DNA of 64,000 nt from Escherichia coli (GTDB taxonomy: Bacteria; Pseudomonadota; Gammaproteobacteria; Enterobacterales; Enterobacteriaceae): assembly GCF_002854065.1 (NCBI RefSeq), contig NZ_CP024147.1. One strand, 5' to 3'. The position numbers and the translations under genes were made by a program. Below are positions 1 to 13,723 of this stretch, piece after piece. The number at the start of each line of letters is the position of its first letter. The first letter of the stretch is position 1. Below the pieces are notes generated by a model. The model did no database searches, was not told the DNA's origin, and saw only the letters and a list, made by a program, of their open reading frames with translations.

Positions 1-532
1 AGCGCCCTGCCCCGGTATGGACGAACAGTTCGAAGTCGAAACCTGTTCCCATAATATTTTTGCCAAGCAGACCTGCTTCGGTGGCTTCGGCAATGGCACG
101 GCGTAGATTCACTGCCGCTTCAATATATTCGCCACGCAGGAAGATGTAGCCACGGTAAGCTTTCAGCGCAAACGCGGAGATGAGCATACCTTCCACCAGC
201 AGGTGCGGCAGTTGCTCCATCAACAGGCGGTCTTTATAGGTGCCCGGCTCCATTTCATCGGCGTTACACAGCAGGTAACGGATGTTCATGGATTCGTCTT
301 TCGGCATCAGGCTCCACTTCAGGCCAGTCGAAAAGCCCGCGCCGCCGCGCCCTTTCAGACCAGCGTCTTTTACCTGATTAACGATTTCGTCCGGAGACAG
401 CCCGGTCAGCGCCTTACGCGCCCCTTCGTAACCGTTTTTGCTGCGGTATTCGTCCAGCCACACTGGCTGTTTGTCATCGCGCAGACGCCAGGTCAGCGGA
501 TGCGTTTCGGGAGTACGGATAATGTTTTTCAT
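1..532 (-). CDS. nuoF: NADH:quinone oxidoreductase subunit F, N-terminal part (3' end lies beyond window start)
   Basis: Reverse-complement of 481-532 translates [17 protein letters not shown]..., the NuoF N-terminus; ATG at 532..530 overlaps nuoE stop (ATGA). Not in ORF track because no stop inside window. Confidence 0.85.
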   Translation of the reverse strand, partial: MKNIIRTPETHPLTWRLRDDKQPVWLDEYRSKNGYEGARKALTGLSPDEIVNQVKDAGLKGRGGAGFSTGLKWSLMPKDESMNIRYLLCNADEMEPGTYKDRLLMEQLPHLLVEGMLISAFALKAYRGYIFLRGEYIEAAVNLRRAIAEATEAGLLGKNIMGTGFDFELFVHTGAGR

Positions 533-1029
533 TTATACCGCTCCAGCAGTTCAGGGATCGCTTCCGGGGTCAGATGCGCGTGAGTGTCCTCATCGATCAT
601 CATGTTTGGCCCTTTATCACAGTTCCCCAGGCAGCAAGTTGGCAGCAGCGTAAAGCGGCCATCAAATGTCGTTTGCCCTGGTTTGATGTTCAGCTTTTTC
701 TCGAGCGCCGCCTGAATACCCTGATACCCGTTGATATGACAGACCACGCTGTCGCAATAACGGATCACATGGCGACCAACCGGCTGGCGGAAGATCTGAC
801 TGTAGAACGTTGCCACACCTTCGACGTCGCTTGCCGGAATACCCAGCACATCGGCGATCGCGTGGATCGCACCATCCGGCACCCAGCCACGCTGCTTCTG
901 AACGATTTTCAGCGCTTCAATGGACGCCGCACGCGGGTCTTCGTAGTGGTGCATCTCGTGCTCAATCGCTTCACGCTCTGCCGCACTCAGCTCAAAAGCC
1001 TCGGTTTGTGGTTGTTGATTCTCGTGCAT
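529..1029 (-). CDS. nuoE: NADH:quinone oxidoreductase subunit E
   Basis: ORF-track 166-aa product recognised as NuoE; position between nuoC and nuoF. Confidence 0.93.
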
Positions 1030-1031
1030 AA

Positions 1032-2834
1032 TTAGCGGTCCACATCTGACATAACAAAATCGATACTGCCCAGATAAACAATCAGGTCAGACACCAGGCT
1101 GCCGCGGATCGCCGCCGGAATTTGCTGCAAATGCGCATAACTCGGCGTGCGGATACGAGTGCGATAACTCATGGTGCTACCGTCGCTGGTCAGGTAGTAA
1201 CTGTTGATCCCCTTGGTCGCCTCAATCATCTGGAAAGATTCATTGGCAGGCATCACCGGCCCCCACGACACTTGCAGGAAGTGGGTGATCAGGGTTTCGA
1301 TATGTTGCAGCGTGCGCTCTTTCGGCGGTGGCGTGGTCAGCGGGTGATCCGCTTTGAACGGGCCTTCCGGCATGTTGTTGAGGCACTGCTCAAGAATGCG
1401 CAGACTCTGGCGCAGCTCTTCCACTTTCAGCATTACGCGGGTGTAGCAGTCAGAAACACCACCACCAACCGGGATTTCAAAGTCGAAGTTTTCATAGCCA
1501 GAATAAGGACGCGCCTTACGCACGTCGAAGTCGATCCCGGTAGCACGCAGGCCCGCGCCAGTGGTGCCCCACTCCAGCGCCTCTTTCGCGCCATAGGCGG
1601 CAACGCCCTGGGAACGACCTTTCAGAATGGTATTTTGCAGCGCCGCTTTCTCGTAAGACGCCAGACGTTTCGGCATCCAGTCGAGGAACTCACGCAGCAG
1701 GCGATCCCAGCCGCGCGGCAGGTCGTGCGCTACGCCGCCAATACGGAACCACGCCGGGTGCATACGGAAACCCGTGATCGCTTCCACCAGATCGTAAATT
1801 TTCTGACGATCGGTAAAGGCGAAGAACACGGGCGTCATTGCGCCGACGTCCTGAATAAAGGTCGAGATATACAGCAGGTGGCTGTTGATGCGGAACAGTT
1901 CGGAGAGCATTACGCGAATGACGTTAACGCGATCCGGCACGGTGATCCCGGCCAGTTTCTCTACCGCCAGCACGTAAGGCATTTCGTTAACGCAGCCGCC
2001 GAGGTATTCGATACGGTCGGTATACGGAATGTAGCTGTGCCAGGACTGGCGTTCGCCCATTTTCTCCGCACCACGGTGGTGGTAGCCGATGTCTGGTACG
2101 CAGTCGACAATCTCTTCGCCATCGAGCTGCAAAACGATACGGAAAGCACCGTGCGCCGACGGGTGGTTCGGACCGAGGTTGAGGAACATGAAGTCCTCGT
2201 TTTCGGTGCCGCGCTTCATCCCCCACTCTTCCGGTTTGAAGGTCAGGGCTTCCATCTCCAGATCCTGTTTGGCTTTGGTCAGCTCAAACGGCGAGAATTC
2301 GGTAGCGCGCGCCGGGTAATCTTTACGCAGCGGGTGACCTTTCCAGGTTTGCGGCATCATGATGCGGCGCAGGTTCGGGTGACCGTCGAATGTAATGCCA
2401 AACAGATCCCAGGTTTCACGCTCATACCAGTTAGCGTTCGGGAACAGTTTGGTGAAGGTCGGTACGTGCAGGTCGTTTTCTGCCAGCGCCACCTTCAGCA
2501 TGATGTCGCGGTTACGATCGATAGAAATCAGATGGTAGAAAACGGAAAAATCCGCGGCAGGTAACCCTTCGCGGTGTGTGCGCAGACGTTCGTCCATGCC
2601 GTGTAAGTCAAACAGCATGACGTAAGGTTTCGGCAGTTTCTTTAAGAAATCGCCAACTTCCAGTAATTGTTCACGCTTGATCCACACAACGGGAACCCCG
2701 GTGCGAGTCGCCTGAACAGTAAAGGCATCCGGCCCAAAACGGTTGCGCAGTTCGCCAATTACCGGATCATCAAGATGATCGCGGGTCTGCCAGGCGGGTT
2801 CTTGCGCGGTTAAGTCGGTCATATTGTTCACCAT
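1032..2834 (-). CDS. nuoC: NADH:quinone oxidoreductase fused subunit C/D
   Basis: ORF-track 600-aa product recognised as fused NuoCD; annotated start may be 4 codons downstream (MTDL..., about 2822). Confidence 0.93.
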
Positions 2835-2927
2835 TGCAAATGGTCCGTGGTGACTGTCGGCGCAGTAAGCTTCGCGAAATAGATTTAGGAATAAGCGAAG
2901 AAAAATCCCTTTGCCGACAGGCGCAAA

Positions 2928-3590
2928 TTAAATCTCGTCAGGTGTACGCAGGTTGGTTACGGCAATGCGTTCACCGCGCTTGCGTTCGCGCTCTGATTGC
3001 ATATTGGCGCGATAAACGCCCTGATCGCCAACCACCCAGGAGAGCGGACGACGTTCTTTGCCGATAGATTCCTGCAACAGCATCAGTGCCTGCATGTACG
3101 CTTCAGGACGCGGCGGGCAGCCCGGGATATACACATCAACCGGGATGAATTTATCGACGCCCTGCACAACGGAATAAATATCGTACATACCACCAGAGTT
3201 GGCACAGGCACCCATTGAGATAACCCATTTTGGTTCCAGCATCTGGTCATACAGACGCTGAATAACCGGTGCCATTTTGGTAAAGCAGGTTCCTGCAACC
3301 ACCATCAGGTCAGCCTGACGCGGCGAAGCACGCAATACTTCTGCGCCAAAACGCGCCACGTCATGCACCGCGGTAAACGAAGTCACCATCTCAACGTAAC
3401 AGCAGGAAAGACCGAAGTTATACGGCCAAATTGAGTTTTTACGACCCCAGTTAACCATGTCATTGAGCTTGCCCATAAACACGTTTTTGTTAACTTCTTG
3501 CTCCAGAGGGTCGGTTACGATCTCCTGCTTTTGCAGGGGGTAACGGTCGTTCTCACCGTTGGGATCTATGCGGGTGAGCGTATAATCCAT
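2928..3590 (-). CDS. nuoB: NADH:quinone oxidoreductase subunit B
   Basis: 220-aa product with CCxxE...GCPP iron-sulfur motifs; recognised as NuoB. Confidence 0.93.
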
Positions 3591-3605
3591 CTTAATGCCT
3601 CGCGG

Positions 3606-4049
3606 TTAGCGTTGACGATTAGCGATACTGTTCGTTTCCGGGTTCATACGCTCGCGGCGTGAACGCGCGGGCGTCCAGTCCAGCGCGCCAATACGCACCA
3701 GATAAACCAGACCTGCCAGTAACACAAAAATAAAAATTGCAGCTTCCACAAAGCCTACCCAGCCGCTTTCGCGGATAGAGGTTGACCATGCGAACAGATA
3801 CAGCGCTTCAACGTCGAAGATAACGAAGAACATGGCCACCAGATAAAACTTGGCGGACAGGCGTAAGCGGGCGGAGCCGACCGAGTCGATACCGGATTCA
3901 AACGGCACGTTTTTCGACCTCGCGCGTGCGCGACCGCCTAAAAACCAACCGCCTACCAGCATCAGGCAACACAGGCCAATGGCAACGATAAGAAAGATAG
4001 CGAATGCCCAGTGATGAGCGATGACTTCAGTGGATGTTGACATACTCAT
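3606..4049 (-). CDS. nuoA: NADH:quinone oxidoreductase subunit A (membrane)
   Basis: 147-aa hydrophobic product recognised as NuoA; first gene of nuo operon. Confidence 0.93.
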
Positions 4050-4679
4050 TGCTTACTCATCAAAAGTAGCGCCAGATTCACTGCTCTTCACGGCAGATGG
4101 ACGCCACATCGATTCATGGGGAGGAATAAAAAAAACCTTACAATCACTGTAGAAATTCTTTTATACAGCTAATTGATGTGGTCTTTTACTCCTTTCTATA
4201 ACCTTTTGTCAACTTTAACAAAAGTTTCTTCACATTAGTTTACATAATATCAACACCATTAGCATTTAATGCCCTTTCACCCCAGATCCTTGACGACTCC
4301 AGGATAATTAGATGTTGTTGAATCGTGTCCGTTGTGAAGCAATGGAAAAAATACGGGTCTATTTTGACAGGAATTTGTGTCGATTCCTCCCCCCAAAAGA
4401 GAGTATTTTCTTGATCTGTGACACGCTTTTGTCATTCCATAACAAAAACGCAGCAACAAATTTACGTATTTTTTAACATCATTGTAGCAGGTGATTTTTT
4501 TCAGGCGATTATTTGTGCGTACGGGGCGTGAATCTCTGGTGATTGAAAAATGAACAGTTTTGTACGTTCTGCACGATGTGAAGAAGGTTCTTTACTAAAA
4601 AAAAGCCGCTGGGGTTTAAAACACCCCCAGCGGCTCGTTTTTTACACTATTGTCTCAGGAATTATCTATCGTCCGTCGA
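4050..4679 (-). promoter_or_regulatory. nuo operon promoter/regulatory region (long AT-rich untranslated leader)
   Basis: 630-bp AT-rich non-coding stretch upstream of nuoA on the gene strand; the nuo promoter region is known to be large and multiply regulated. Individual sites not mapped here. Confidence 0.5.
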
Positions 4680-5621
<942 letters not shown>

Positions 5622-6537
5622 TTATCACTTACTGGCGGCTCATACTGAGCTGGTTAATGCTGTGCACACACAAACAAGCAATTCCATTTGTAATGTGCCT
5701 CCCTGGCAGTTTCATCCGGAACCCGGACGAAAGTAAAAATGCATATGAGTTGCACTAAAAAAGCGACTCACATTGTTCCGTTATAATGCCTGAAGTAGAT
5801 CACAGAATATATCTTCAGGGATCGCATATCTATTAAGTTACTCACTATTTTCTATTTATGACATGCGCGTGTTTGTATAAATGTAAATGTGAGTCCTTGT
5901 TCCACTCTCGTGCAGCATCGCTGGTCATACGCGAACACGTACAAACAGCAATGGTGAGGCGGCATCAAGAGCAGGGATCCGTCATTTATGCGAGCATTTT
6001 ACCCCAAAAACCTTTTATTTATAAGGGTCATTGCGAATTATCTGATGCAAAGTTATGTTATGTTAGGCAAAGTAATCTTCTATTATTAATAAGCACATCA
6101 AAACCTTTTTGAATATTAAATAATAATTAATTAGCATCATCCTCATTCATTAATTCCGCTTAACAATAGTTTCACACCTTGCCCCCATTGCGACACCTCG
6201 GAAATCATCACGCTGTTAAACTCTCCGTAATGCGGAAATATCATCATCGCGTTTCATTAGTGAATTCTTAAATGAGGCATTTTCACACAATTATCTTACA
6301 GATAAAAAAACCAGACTTACAATCAAGAATCAGAACAATTCACTATATAACATTGCATGTAAAGCATATACACCTCATTATTTTGTCATTATTAAGTTAT
6401 TAACAGCACAATCGAGCCTTCCCCTCTGGCAAAATCTTATTCTGCAGACCTTCAAAACACCGTCCTGGGGGAGTACATTGTTCTAAGCTGACTTCCACGG
6501 CAGGGAGTGGCGATAACAGCAAAAAAGGTCAAGATTC

Positions 6538-7755
6538 ATGTCCCCCATTGAAAAATCCAGCAAATTAGAGAATGTCTGTTATGACATCCGTGGTCCGGTG
6601 CTGAAAGAAGCAAAACGCCTGGAAGAAGAAGGTAACAAGGTACTGAAACTGAACATCGGCAACCCAGCCCCGTTCGGTTTTGACGCGCCAGATGAAATCC
6701 TCGTTGACGTGATACGCAACCTGCCTACAGCTCAAGGGTATTGCGATTCCAAAGGTCTTTACTCCGCGCGTAAAGCCATCATGCAGCACTACCAGGCTCG
6801 TGGCATGCGTGATGTTACCGTGGAAGATATTTACATCGGCAATGGTGTATCGGAGCTTATCGTTCAGGCAATGCAGGCATTGCTGAACAGCGGGGACGAA
6901 ATGTTGGTTCCTGCACCAGATTACCCACTATGGACCGCGGCGGTTTCGCTTTCCAGCGGTAAAGCGGTGCATTATCTTTGCGATGAATCCTCTGACTGGT
7001 TCCCGGACCTCGATGATATTCGCGCTAAAATTACGCCTCGTACGCGTGGGATCGTTATTATCAACCCAAATAACCCAACCGGCGCGGTATATTCCAAAGA
7101 GCTTTTAATGGAGATTGTGGAGATTGCACGTCAGCATAATCTCATTATCTTCGCCGATGAAATTTATGACAAAATTCTCTACGACGACGCTGAGCATCAC
7201 TCAATTGCGCCGCTGGCACCTGACCTGCTGACCATTACCTTTAATGGACTGTCGAAAACGTACCGCGTTGCAGGCTTCCGTCAGGGGTGGATGGTGTTGA
7301 ACGGGCCGAAAAAACACGCCAAAGGCTACATCGAAGGTCTGGAAATGCTGGCTTCAATGCGCCTGTGTGCTAACGTTCCTGCGCAACACGCCATTCAGAC
7401 CGCGCTGGGTGGTTATCAGAGCATCAGTGAATTTATTACCCCTGGCGGTCGTCTTTATGAGCAGCGTAACCGCGCGTGGGAATTGATCAACGATATTCCG
7501 GGCGTTTCCTGCGTGAAACCTCGTGGTGCGCTGTACATGTTCCCGAAAATCGACGCCAAACGCTTTAACATTCACGACGATCAGAAAATGGTGCTGGATT
7601 TCCTGTTGCAGGAAAAAGTTCTGTTGGTGCAAGGGACGGCATTCAACTGGCCGTGGCCGGACCACTTCCGCATTGTCACGCTACCGCGTGTCGATGATAT
7701 CGAGCTGTCTTTGAGTAAGTTCGCGCGTTTCCTTTCTGGTTATCATCAGCTGTAA
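6538..7755 (+). CDS. alaA: glutamate-pyruvate aminotransferase AlaA
   Basis: 405-aa product, PLP aminotransferase class I (SKTY lysine motif); recognised as AlaA/YfbQ. Confidence 0.92.
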   Translation: MSPIEKSSKLENVCYDIRGPVLKEAKRLEEEGNKVLKLNIGNPAPFGFDAPDEILVDVIRNLPTAQGYCDSKGLYSARKAIMQHYQARGMRDVTVEDIYIGNGVSELIVQAMQALLNSGDEMLVPAPDYPLWTAAVSLSSGKAVHYLCDESSDWFPDLDDIRAKITPRTRGIVIINPNNPTGAVYSKELLMEIVEIARQHNLIIFADEIYDKILYDDAEHHSIAPLAPDLLTITFNGLSKTYRVAGFRQGWMVLNGPKKHAKGYIEGLEMLASMRLCANVPAQHAIQTALGGYQSISEFITPGGRLYEQRNRAWELINDIPGVSCVKPRGALYMFPKIDAKRFNIHDDQKMVLDFLLQEKVLLVQGTAFNWPWPDHFRIVTLPRVDDIELSLSKFARFLSGYHQL

Positions 7756-7838
7756 TCTTAATTTCACTGCCGGAGATTGCATCCGGCAGTGTTATCCCGC
7801 CACAATGACCTGATGATGTCATCATACGTAAGGTCACT

Positions 7839-8438
7839 ATGAAACATAGCCATTTTTTTGCCCATCTCTCCCGCCTGAAACTCATTAACCGCTGGCCGCT
7901 CATGCGCAACGTGCGGACGGAAAATGTGTCCGAACACAGTTTGCAGGTAGCGATGGTCGCCCATGCGCTGGCAGCTATCAAAAATCGGAAATTTGGCGGT
8001 AATGTCAACGCCGAACGTATCGCTTTACTGGCGATGTACCACGATGCCTCAGAAGTGCTCACCGGCGATCTCCCTACTCCGGTGAAATACTTCAATTCGC
8101 AAATCGCTCAGGAGTACAAGGCGATTGAAAAAATCGCTCAGCAAAAACTGGTCGATATGGTTCCGGAAGAGCTGCGGGATATCTTTGCGCCGTTAATTGA
8201 CGAGCATGCATATAGCGATGAAGAAAAATCGCTGGTGAAACAGGCAGATGCACTGTGTGCATATCTGAAATGTCTGGAAGAACTCGCGGCCGGAAATAAT
8301 GAATTCTTGCTGGCAAAAACGCGACTGGAAGCGACGCTTGAAGCGCGTCGCAGCCAGGAGATGGACTACTTCATGGAAGTATTTGTTCCCAGCTTCCATC
8401 TTTCGCTCGATGAGATTAGCCAGGATTCACCGCTGTAA
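7839..8438 (+). CDS. yfbR: 5'-deoxynucleotidase YfbR (HD domain)
   Basis: 199-aa product with HD-domain motifs (EHSLQVA...[10 protein letters not shown]); recognised as YfbR. Confidence 0.9.
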   Translation: MKHSHFFAHLSRLKLINRWPLMRNVRTENVSEHSLQVAMVAHALAAIKNRKFGGNVNAERIALLAMYHDASEVLTGDLPTPVKYFNSQIAQEYKAIEKIAQQKLVDMVPEELRDIFAPLIDEHAYSDEEKSLVKQADALCAYLKCLEELAAGNNEFLLAKTRLEATLEARRSQEMDYFMEVFVPSFHLSLDEISQDSPL

Positions 8439-8454
8439 GCAGCCGGAGTCTGCG

Positions 8455-8495
8455 TCGCATCAGGCAATAAGCGCCGGATGCGACATCAGGCTCTT
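8455..8495. repeat. REP-like palindromic element between yfbR and yfbS
   Basis: Inverted repeat gcgtcgcatcaggc...gccggatgcgacatcaggc resembling REP consensus; convergent gene ends. Confidence 0.5.
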
Positions 8496-8496
8496 G

Positions 8497-10329
8497 TCAA
8501 AACGGAAACAGCATCGGGATCATCACCACACAAACCGCCATCACGATAATGGTGAACGGTACCCCCAACTTCACAAAGTCACTGAAGCTGTAATTTCCCG
8601 GACCTAAAACCAGTGTGTTAACAGGTGAAGAAACCGGTGTCATAAAGGCGGCGGATGCTGCCATCGCCACGACCATCGCGAATGGATAAGGCGACACCCC
8701 CATCGTTTTGGCAGCAGCCAGCGCAATCGGAGCCATCAACACCGCCGTCGCGGTATTAGAGATAAATAGCCCAATAACCGCCGACAAGACAAACAAACAA
8801 CCCAGCATCATATGTGGCCCGTAACCACCGCCAATGTCCATCAGCCCTTTCACCGCCAGCGCGACACCTCCCGTTTTCTGTAATGCCACAGCAAACGGCA
8901 TCATCCCAACGATCAAAATAATGCTCGGCCAGTGAATGGATTTATAGGCGCTTTCAGCATCTATACAGCGGAATTTCCCCATCAGCAGGCAGGCGATGAT
9001 AGCGGCAACAGGATTAGGAATTTCATCTGTCAGCATTAACGCCACCATTAGCACCAGACAGAAAATGGCATGGGGTGCCTGGCTGTGCGCGGGCGATGCT
9101 TCACTCACCTCTTCCGGTAAGTTCAGCGCTACGAAGTCGCGGCCCTGTTTGGCCAGCATACCGATCAGTTTCCAGTTACCCACAACCAGGATGATATCGC
9201 CCAGCAGCAGAGGCTCATCCGCCAGCGAACCTTCCAGCGCCACGCCATTGCGCTTTAGCCCCACCACATTCAGTCCGTAGCGGGTACGAAAACCAATTTC
9301 GCGCACCGATTTACCAATAAGTTCTGACTCAGGAATTAATGAAATCTCTGCCATGCCCACATCAAGGGCCTGGTCAGAAAAATACTCGCCGCGCAGTACC
9401 ATCGGCTCCAGCAATTGCTCACTACAAAATTGCCGGAGATCGACATCAGCCGCAGACATATCAATAAGCAAAACGTCACGCGCGCGAAATTCAGAAACCC
9501 CATTAACGTTCACGATAACGCGACGAAAACGCCGCCAGCGTTCAACACCGATGACGTTAGCGCCATAACGCTCACGTAATTTGAGATCGTCCAGCCGTTG
9601 ACCAATCATTGGCGATCCGGGGCGGATAGCCAGACGTCGCGCACGCCCGGTCAGTCGATATTCACGGATAAGATCGCGAAAGGTTCGACGCGTCCAGCCT
9701 TCGCGCTGCGGGGTCTGGGTATCCCCTTTCAGCATGAAACGCATCACTAACATATACAAAATACCCAGCACCAGCACGACCAGGCCAATAGGTGTTACGC
9801 TAAAGAAACTGAAGCCGTGATAGCCTTCACGCAGCAATTCACTGTTGACTACCAGGTTCGGCGGCGTCGCCACCAGCGTCATCATGCCGCTAATCAGCCC
9901 GGCAAAACTTAACGGCATCATCAGACGTGACGGCGACGTTTGCATACGCATGGCAACGCTTAACACCACGGGAATAAAGATAGCGACAACGCCGGTTGAA
10001 CTCATAAACGCGCCAAGCCCCGCGACGGTCAGCATCAACAAAACCAACATTTTGATTTCACTGTTGCCCGCAACTTTGACCAGCCATGTTCCCATTACGG
10101 TGGCAACACCGGTACGGACCAAACCATCGCCAATAATAAACAAGGCGGCAATCAGGACAACGTTAGGATCAGAAAAGCCGGAAAATACTTCTGGGACTGT
10201 CAGCGTTCCGCTTAATGCAAACGCGACAATAACAAACAAAGCGACCGCATCCATACGCACTCTGCCCGTCGCAAACAAGACGATGGCAACGGCCAGTAAT
10301 GAAAGAACCCAAATCAATTCACCGTTCAC
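8497..10329 (-). CDS. yfbS: putative permease YfbS (SLC13/DASS-like with two TrkA-C domains)
   Basis: 610-aa polytopic product with central soluble region; recognised as YfbS. Confidence 0.88.
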
Positions 10330-10415
10330 AACTTATCCTTGTTAATTGAGGGGGATGACTTGATTCTGCCATAAAAAAGCCCCGACGAGACGGGGCTAAA
10401 TCATGATCAGGTGTT

Positions 10416-11066
10416 TCACTGAATAATAACATCGCCATTTGGCTGTTTGGTCACAGTAATTTGCTCCAGACTGTGGAGGACCAAATCGACCTCATTCAGG
10501 CGCGGGGTATCTGCCGGAGCGTTAACCGCAATGACATGGCAACCCGCCGCCAGGCCAGAAAGCACGCCAGCGGGAGCATCTTCCACCACCACACACTCCT
10601 GCGGCGCAAGCCCCAGCAGCTGCGCGCCTAACAGATACGCATCAGGTTCTGGTTTTCCGCGCTTCACTCGCTCAGCGGTTACAAACACCTCTGGTGCGGG
10701 AAGCCCCGCTATTTTATGGCGCGCTCGCGCTACCGGCATGGAGCCAGAAGTCACAATGGCCCACGGAATACCTGCTTTATTCAAATGATTGAGTAAGGCG
10801 ATTGCCCCCGGAAGCGCGGTAATACCTTCGGTTTCCGTGGCCTCGATTTGCTCCAGACGCGTAAACTCGGCGGCAATATCAGCCTCGGATTTGCCCGCCA
10901 TAAAATGGCGCAGAGAGGTGATCGCCTGTTTACCGTGAATGAAAGCCAGCACCTCTTCCGGCGCTAACCCATGACGTCTGGCCCAGTTGCTCCACGCCCG
11001 TTCTACCGCAGGCAGGGAATCCACCAGCGTTCCATCAAGATCAAACAGAAAACCTTTGCACCGCAC
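10416..11066 (-). CDS. yfbT: HAD-family sugar phosphatase YfbT/HxpA
   Basis: 216-aa product with HAD motif I (FLFDLDGTLVDS); recognised as YfbT. Confidence 0.9.
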   Translation of the reverse strand: MRCKGFLFDLDGTLVDSLPAVERAWSNWARRHGLAPEEVLAFIHGKQAITSLRHFMAGKSEADIAAEFTRLEQIEATETEGITALPGAIALLNHLNKAGIPWAIVTSGSMPVARARHKIAGLPAPEVFVTAERVKRGKPEPDAYLLGAQLLGLAPQECVVVEDAPAGVLSGLAAGCHVIAVNAPADTPRLNEVDLVLHSLEQITVTKQPNGDVIIQ

Positions 11067-11076
11067 GCGGGCCTCC

Positions 11077-11649
<573 letters not shown>

Positions 11650-11653
11650 TCAA

Positions 11654-12109
11654 TTACAAATCATCAAGGAAAGTTTTATCCAGTTGTTTGAAGGCGCGCT
11701 TAAGCGTGTCAGCTAATGCCTGGTAATCAGGCTTGCCTTCAACGGGTGCCAACACCTGTCCAGACTCCTGCAATTTACCGCGAACTTCATAAAACCAGTT
11801 GAGGATTGCAGGGGGTAATGGCGTGACAGAACGCTTGCCCAGCCACCACAATCCCTGCATGGGTAAACTTAAGGCGAACAGGGCAGTGGCAACTGCCGGC
11901 CCAAGCTGACCGCCCAGGGCAATCTGCCAGCAGAGAGTAAATACGGCGATCGGCGGCATAAAACGGATCGCATAACGCGTCATCTTGATAACGCGATTTT
12001 CGACAAAGACCGGGGCAAGGCGTTTTTCCAGCGGCCACGTCTTTGAGTAATGCTGTCCCCGGCGAAACAAGCTAAAAAAATTAACAGAACGATTATCCGG
12101 CGTTGACAT
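11654..12109 (-). CDS. yfbV: UPF0208 membrane protein YfbV
   Basis: 151-aa product recognised as YfbV; divergent from ackA. Confidence 0.88.
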
Positions 12110-12446
12110 GCTTCACCTCAACTTCACATATAAAGATTCAAAAATTTGTGCAAATTCACAACTCAGCGGGACAACGTTCAAAACATTTTGTCTTCCATAC
12201 CCACTATCAGGTATCCTTTAGCAGCCTGAAGGCCTAAGTAGTACATATTCATTGAGTCGTCAAATTCATATACATTATGCCATTGGCTGAAAATTACGCA
12301 AAATGGCATAGACTCAAGATATTTCTTCCATCATGCAAAAAAAATTTGCAGTGCATGATGTTAATCATAAATGTCGGTGTCATCATGCGCTACGCTCTAT
12401 GGCTCCCTGACGTTTTTTTAGCCACGTATCAATTATAGGTACTTCC

Positions 12447-13649
12447 ATGTCGAGTAAGTTAGTACTGGTTCTGAACTGCGGTAGTTCTTCACTGAAATTT
12501 GCCATCATCGATGCAGTAAATGGTGAAGAGTACCTTTCTGGTTTAGCCGAATGTTTCCACCTGCCCGAAGCACGTATCAAATGGAAAATGGACGGCAATA
12601 AACAGGAAGCGGCTTTAGGTGCAGGCGCCGCTCACAGCGAAGCGCTCAACTTTATCGTTAATACTATTCTGGCACAAAAACCAGAACTGTCTGCGCAGCT
12701 GACTGCTATCGGTCACCGTATCGTACACGGCGGCGAAAAGTATACCAGCTCCGTAGTGATCGATGAGTCTGTTATTCAGGGTATCAAAGATGCAGCTTCT
12801 TTTGCACCGCTGCACAACCCGGCTCACCTGATCGGTATCGAAGAAGCTCTGAAATCTTTCCCACAGCTGAAAGACAAAAACGTTGCTGTATTTGACACCG
12901 CGTTCCACCAGACTATGCCGGAAGAGTCTTACCTCTACGCCCTGCCGTACAACCTGTACAAAGAGCACGGCATCCGTCGTTACGGCGCGCACGGCACCAG
13001 CCACTTCTATGTAACCCAGGAAGCGGCAAAAATGCTGAACAAACCGGTAGAAGAACTGAACATCATCACCTGCCACCTGGGCAACGGTGGTTCCGTTTCT
13101 GCTATCCGCAACGGTAAATGCGTTGACACCTCTATGGGCCTGACCCCGCTGGAAGGTCTGGTCATGGGTACCCGTTCTGGTGATATCGATCCGGCGATCA
13201 TCTTCCACCTGCACGACACCCTGGGCATGAGCGTTGACGCAATCAACAAACTGCTGACCAAAGAGTCTGGCCTGCTGGGTCTGACCGAAGTGACCAGCGA
13301 CTGCCGCTATGTTGAAGACAACTACGCGACGAAAGAAGACGCGAAGCGCGCAATGGACGTTTACTGCCACCGCCTGGCGAAATACATCGGTGCCTACACT
13401 GCGCTGATGGATGGTCGTCTGGACGCTGTTGTATTCACCGGTGGTATCGGTGAAAATGCCGCGATGGTTCGTGAACTGTCTCTGGGCAAACTGGGCGTGC
13501 TGGGCTTTGAAGTTGATCATGAACGCAACCTGGCTGCACGTTTCGGCAAATCTGGTTTCATCAACAAAGAAGGTACCCGTCCTGCGGTGGTTATCCCAAC
13601 TAACGAAGAACTGGTTATCGCGCAAGACGCGAGCCGCCTGACTGCCTGA
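12447..13649 (+). CDS. ackA: acetate kinase
   Basis: 400-aa product ([20 protein letters not shown]...) recognised as AckA. Confidence 0.95.
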   Translation: MSSKLVLVLNCGSSSLKFAIIDAVNGEEYLSGLAECFHLPEARIKWKMDGNKQEAALGAGAAHSEALNFIVNTILAQKPELSAQLTAIGHRIVHGGEKYTSSVVIDESVIQGIKDAASFAPLHNPAHLIGIEEALKSFPQLKDKNVAVFDTAFHQTMPEESYLYALPYNLYKEHGIRRYGAHGTSHFYVTQEAAKMLNKPVEELNIITCHLGNGGSVSAIRNGKCVDTSMGLTPLEGLVMGTRSGDIDPAIIFHLHDTLGMSVDAINKLLTKESGLLGLTEVTSDCRYVEDNYATKEDAKRAMDVYCHRLAKYIGAYTALMDGRLDAVVFTGGIGENAAMVRELSLGKLGVLGFEVDHERNLAARFGKSGFINKEGTRPAVVIPTNEELVIAQDASRLTA

Positions 13650-13723
13650 TTTCACACCGCCAGCTCAGCTGGCGGTGCTGTTTTGTAACCCGCCAAATCG
13701 GCGGTAACGAAAGAGGATAAACC

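Noticed and set aside
1122-2564. 480-aa ORF antisense to nuoC
   Set aside because: Entirely overlaps nuoC on the opposite strand; composition typical of an antisense artefact.
5858-6112. 84-aa ORF in the lrhA-alaA intergenic region
   Set aside because: Cys/Lys-rich low-complexity translation and no evident Shine-Dalgarno sequence; the region is better explained as regulatory DNA. Left as a question in the findings.
12615-13655. 346-aa ORF antisense to ackA
   Set aside because: Entirely inside ackA on the opposite strand; no independent support.
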